A stretch of 12,366 nucleotides of DNA from Paraspadella gotoi (lineage: Eukaryota > Animalia > Chaetognatha): positions 1 to 12,366 of the forward strand of contig JBJCIZ010000925.1 of assembly GCA_051294375.1 (NCBI GenBank), in the 5' to 3' direction. The translations under genes and the position numbers were made by a program. Below the pieces are notes generated by a model. The model saw only the letters and a list, made by a program, of their open reading frames with translations, was not told the origin of the DNA and ran no database searches. Each line of letters starts with the position of its first letter. Positions within the stretch are counted from its first letter, which is position 1. Below are positions 9,020 to 12,366 of this stretch, one piece after another.

Positions 9020-11116
9020 TCTCTTATACAAATCTATGACGCAGCCAAGGGTGGGATGCATGTTTGTCGACTGATATTTACACTCTTGCGTCGCTATCCT
9101 AGTGAAGTTAATACAAATAAAAAACAAACTATATATCACTGAGACATAGCCAGAGTCCTATTCTCCTTGTTTAATTTTAAAATACCCGGTGAAAAGGGAA
9201 TCGGATTGCGGGAGTTTTCGCGATTGATGTTACAACGTCTGCGTCGGCGATGACCTGTGGAATAAATACCAAAGAGCAAATTATTCACTGAGATGCAAAT
9301 AAAATCAATGATCTCCTGGTTTGATATTTTTAAAATACCCAAGGGTCGAGGGTTCACTGATGTTTACATTCTGCGTCGGCTCCTGGGAAATAAATACCAA
9401 TACCAAATATCACTGAGATCAATAAAATTTGTCTCCTTGTTTAATTTTAAAAAATACCCAAGGTCGGATGCCGGTTTCGCTTGATGTTTACACTCTGCGG
9501 CGCTCCTGGAATAATACATACCAAATTATGCACTGGGATCAATAAATTTGTCTCCTTGTTTGAATTTTAAAATACGCCAAAGGGTCGGATGCGGTTGTGC
9601 GCTGATATTTACAACTCTGCGCGCTCCTGTGAATAATACGATACAATTATTCACTGAGATCAATAAATTCTTCTCCGTGTCTTAGTATTTTAAAATACCC
9701 CAGAAGGTCGGATCGGTTTCATGAGTGTTTTACAAATTCTGCGTTCGCTCCTGGAAATAATGACAATACAAATTATTCACTGAAGATCAATAAATTCTGT
9801 CTCCTAGTTGATATTTTAAAATACCAAGAGTGCGATGCGGTTCACTGATGTTGAGACAATTCTGCGTCGCTCCTGTGGAATAATTACATACAAAATATCA
9901 ACTGAGATTCAAAAATTCTAGTTCTCCTTGTTTGATATTTTTAAAATGCCCAAGTACGGAATGAGCAGGTTTCGCTTGATGATTTAACGAAAATCGATGC
10001 AGTCGCCTCCTGTGAATAATACAGAATACCAAGATATAGCGACTAGGGAGAGATCAATAAATTCTGTACATCAGCTGTATTATTATTAAATCTCTATTAA
10101 ATACCCAACGAAAGTCGATAGCTCTCGGAGATGTATTTCGAACTATTATATTACAAGCGTGCGTGCCGCGTCGCTGTGGAATAATACATAAATATATTTC
10201 AGCTGTAGTAGATACAAAAAAGACGCGTTCTGTCTCCTTGTTTGATATTTTAACCACCCAACCCATAAGTCAGGATGCCTGTTTACACTGTTAATGATAT
10301 TTTTATAATTCTGCGTCGCTCCTGGGTATAATACAATACAAATTATTCACTGAGATCAAGTAAATTCGTCTCCTTGTTTGATATTTTAAAATACCCAAGT
10401 CGGATGCGGTTTCGCTGATTGTTTACAACTCGCGTCGTCCTTGTAGGAATAATACAATCAAAATTATGCACTGGATCAATAAATTCTTTCCTTTTGATAT
10501 TTTAAAAATACCCAAGGTCATCCGGTTTCACTGATGTTCCAATTCTGCGTCGCTCCTGTGAATAATACAATACCAAATTATGCAACTGCGGATCAATAAA
10601 TTCTGTCTCCTTGTTTGATATTTTGATAAATACCCAAGGTCGATCGGTTTCGCTGATGTTTACAACTCTGCGTCGCTCCTGTGAAAATACATACAAATTA
10701 TGTCTACTGGGAATCAATAAGTCGTCTCTTTTATTTTAAATACCCAAGGCGGATGCGGTTCGCTGATGTTTATAACCTGCGTCGCTCCTGTGACAATAAT
10801 ACAAACAAATTAGCACTTACGAGCCTGATCAATAAATTCTGTTCTCCTTGTTTGATATTTGTAAAAACCCAAGGTGTCGGATGCGGTTTCATCTGATGTT
10901 ACAATTCCTGCGTCGCTCCTGTGAATATACAACAAATATGCACTGATCAATAAATTCTGTCTCCTGTTTATATTTTTTAAAAATACCCAAGTCGGATGCG
11001 TTCGCTATGTTTACAACTCTGCGTCGCTCCTGTGAATATACAATACAAAATAATGCAACTGGGATCAATAAATTCTGTCTCCTTGTTTGATTGATTTTTA
11101 AAAATTTTAAATACCC
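9020..11116. repeat. Intronic tandem array (minisatellite/satellite), ~120-bp unit, about 17 copies
   Basis: By-eye consensus AAATTATTCACTGAGATCAATAAATTCTGTCTCCTTGTTTGATATTTTAAAATACCCAAGGTCGGATGCGGTTTCGCTGATGTTTACAACTCTGCGTCGCTCCTGTGAATAATACAATAC. Unit anchors lie near 9137, 9287, 9411, 9531, 9652, 9778, 9901, 10041, 10200, 10348, 10469, 10583, 10704, 10814, 10941 and 11057. The left edge is degenerate and may extend to ~8900. Confidence 0.95.
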
Positions 11117-11239
11117 TCGCAAGAACTCTTTTTTAAATTTGAAGTTTCTCTTCCCTTCCTTGTCTTTCTTTTGATAAATCATTGTAAACCTCTAACAGTT
11201 AGTCGAGCTTTAAAAGAAAATCCCTTTTTAATTTACATC

Positions 11240-11614
11240 TTAAATATCTCTTGTACCCTGGTCATATCGTTCCTGTCCACTTTTTTTGTTTCATCGTGGA
11301 AAACGAAAGAGCGGTTTCGTTCGTAATCGCCTGCTGCCTGGATCTCGCCTCGACGCATTGTTCTCTTAAACGACCGAGATGTCGCACGATCCACAAGTCG
11401 ACGTGACCGACAAAAGAGCATCAAACGAAGCCTTAGCGTTGACGAGCAAAGCTGAAGGAAGAAAGAGTCGGCTGCACGGGCTGTCAACAAACGCGGGTCA
11501 ACCTCAGCGTGGCCCGATGAGTGGGCGGCGCCCAAACCGTGCGCGAGTCTTGACGTGGAATACTCTCGGCGCCGTCCAGGATCTGAGAACGTTTTGCGCT
11601 CATTAGAAAAGCCG
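11240..11614 (+). CDS. Putative exon of the host gene (5' boundary uncertain)
   Basis: GC-rich block ending at CCG|gtaggc (11615). Frame ...AARAVNKRGSTSAWPDEWAAPKPCASLDVEYSRRRPGSENVLRSLEKP shows RA-x-N-x-x-G and Y-S..PG-x-x-N/D-V motifs like the other exons. TGA at 11453. Confidence 0.55.
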
Positions 11615-11701
11615 GTAGGCGAAGTGGGGTTGAGCAATAAGTAAGAAAGAATATTATTGTGTGATAGTGTTTATTAGTATATAATAGTACTCATCCGTCA
11701 G

Positions 11702-11846
11702 GAAGGATCGTAACGTGTGCAGCATGCATCGCACGTGGCGCTCCTAACGTGTTTCCCTACAGGGCATCTCGAAAGCGGCGACAATGAGTTCACCCACGAT
11801 GAGAAAGAGTGAAACCTTTCGCTACAGTCGTTTCGGTTTCACCTAA
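11702..11846 (+). CDS. Putative internal exon of the host gene
   Basis: Acceptor ccgtcag (11701) and donor gtgagt (11847). It is 145 nt, phase 0-1, compatible with both neighbours, but that frame contains TAA at 11711 and TGA at 11810. Confidence 0.45.
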
Positions 11847-12023
11847 GTGAGTGAGTGAGTACATGTTCTGATTATCTATGTAAGAGTGGGAGAATAGATA
11901 GCTTATTTTAATTTGAATGAATGGATAATTTTTATTATTGTTTGTAACCGATTTCATAAATAGTTCTCAATTCATTTTCCTACATATTATTTAATTAAAT
12001 TATGTAAATATTAACCATTTCAG

Positions 12024-12178
12024 GCCTCTATCCGAACCCCCAGCGACTTTCCACGCGCGTCGTCGCCTGTGTGGACAGAAACGTGGAGGTAGGCGACGAC
12101 GTCGGCGAAATCAGATTACGAATCTCGTTCCATCGATCTTACGAGATGAAGCGCGGAATGCGAATCCCCGTTCATGAG
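12024..12178 (+). CDS. Putative internal exon of the host gene
   Basis: Acceptor ccatttcag (12023) and donor GAG|gtattt (12179). Fully open phase 1-0 frame LYPNPQRLSTRVVACVDRNVEVGDDVGEIRLRISFHRSYEMKRGMRIPVHE. Confidence 0.7.
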
Positions 12179-12366
12179 GTATTTGGCGGAAAATTTCAAA
12201 CCGTCCGTTTGAAGGCGATCTTAAGTTAATTTTTTTATCGCTCTCTCATTTAATATTTCCTTTATTCAAATTTAATCGCTAAATCTTTCCTTTTTTTCAA
12301 GAGGGTTTATTCTTTGTAATTAAGTTATTAACGCCGTTTCGCTTTTTAGCGCTTTTACTGCTCTTA

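Noticed and set aside
7736-9142. AT-rich ORFs 7736-8074, 8828-9142 and 8933-9139
   Set aside because: No recognisable motifs; intronic composition; the latter two overlap the degenerate edge of the array.
9020-11116. CRISPR array
   Set aside because: The whole 120-bp unit repeats with no unique spacers, there are no cas genes, and the context is a eukaryotic intron.
9020-11116. 5S rRNA array or hammerhead-ribozyme satellite
   Set aside because: The unit length is 5S-like, but there is no 5S sequence similarity. CTGATG is followed by T rather than A, and GAAAC lies on the opposite strand, so there is no hammerhead core.
11233-11637. 134-aa minus-strand ORF
   Set aside because: It is the antisense frame of a plus-strand exon; splice signals and motifs favour the plus strand.

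Overview
Eukaryotic, very probably animal (invertebrate) genomic DNA from a noisy draft assembly, with two N-gaps, duplicated noisy overlaps and frequent indels. The window lies inside one large plus-strand multi-exon gene. About 10 GC/CpG-rich exons are separated by T-rich, microsatellite-laden introns, and the exon translations repeatedly show FN3-like beta-sandwich repeat motifs. The introns carry three passengers: (i) a minus-strand tRNA-Ile(AAT) gene and at least one more tandem copy cut by a gap; (ii) a 581-bp internally deleted Tc1/mariner element with TIRs, a TA target duplication and a transposase C-terminal remnant that the ORF track misses; (iii) a ~2.1-kb tandem array of about 17 copies of a ~120-bp unit with an internal inverted repeat and linked sequence variants. 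I found no CRISPR array or prokaryotic system. Most ORF-track entries are shadows of exons, microsatellites or gaps.
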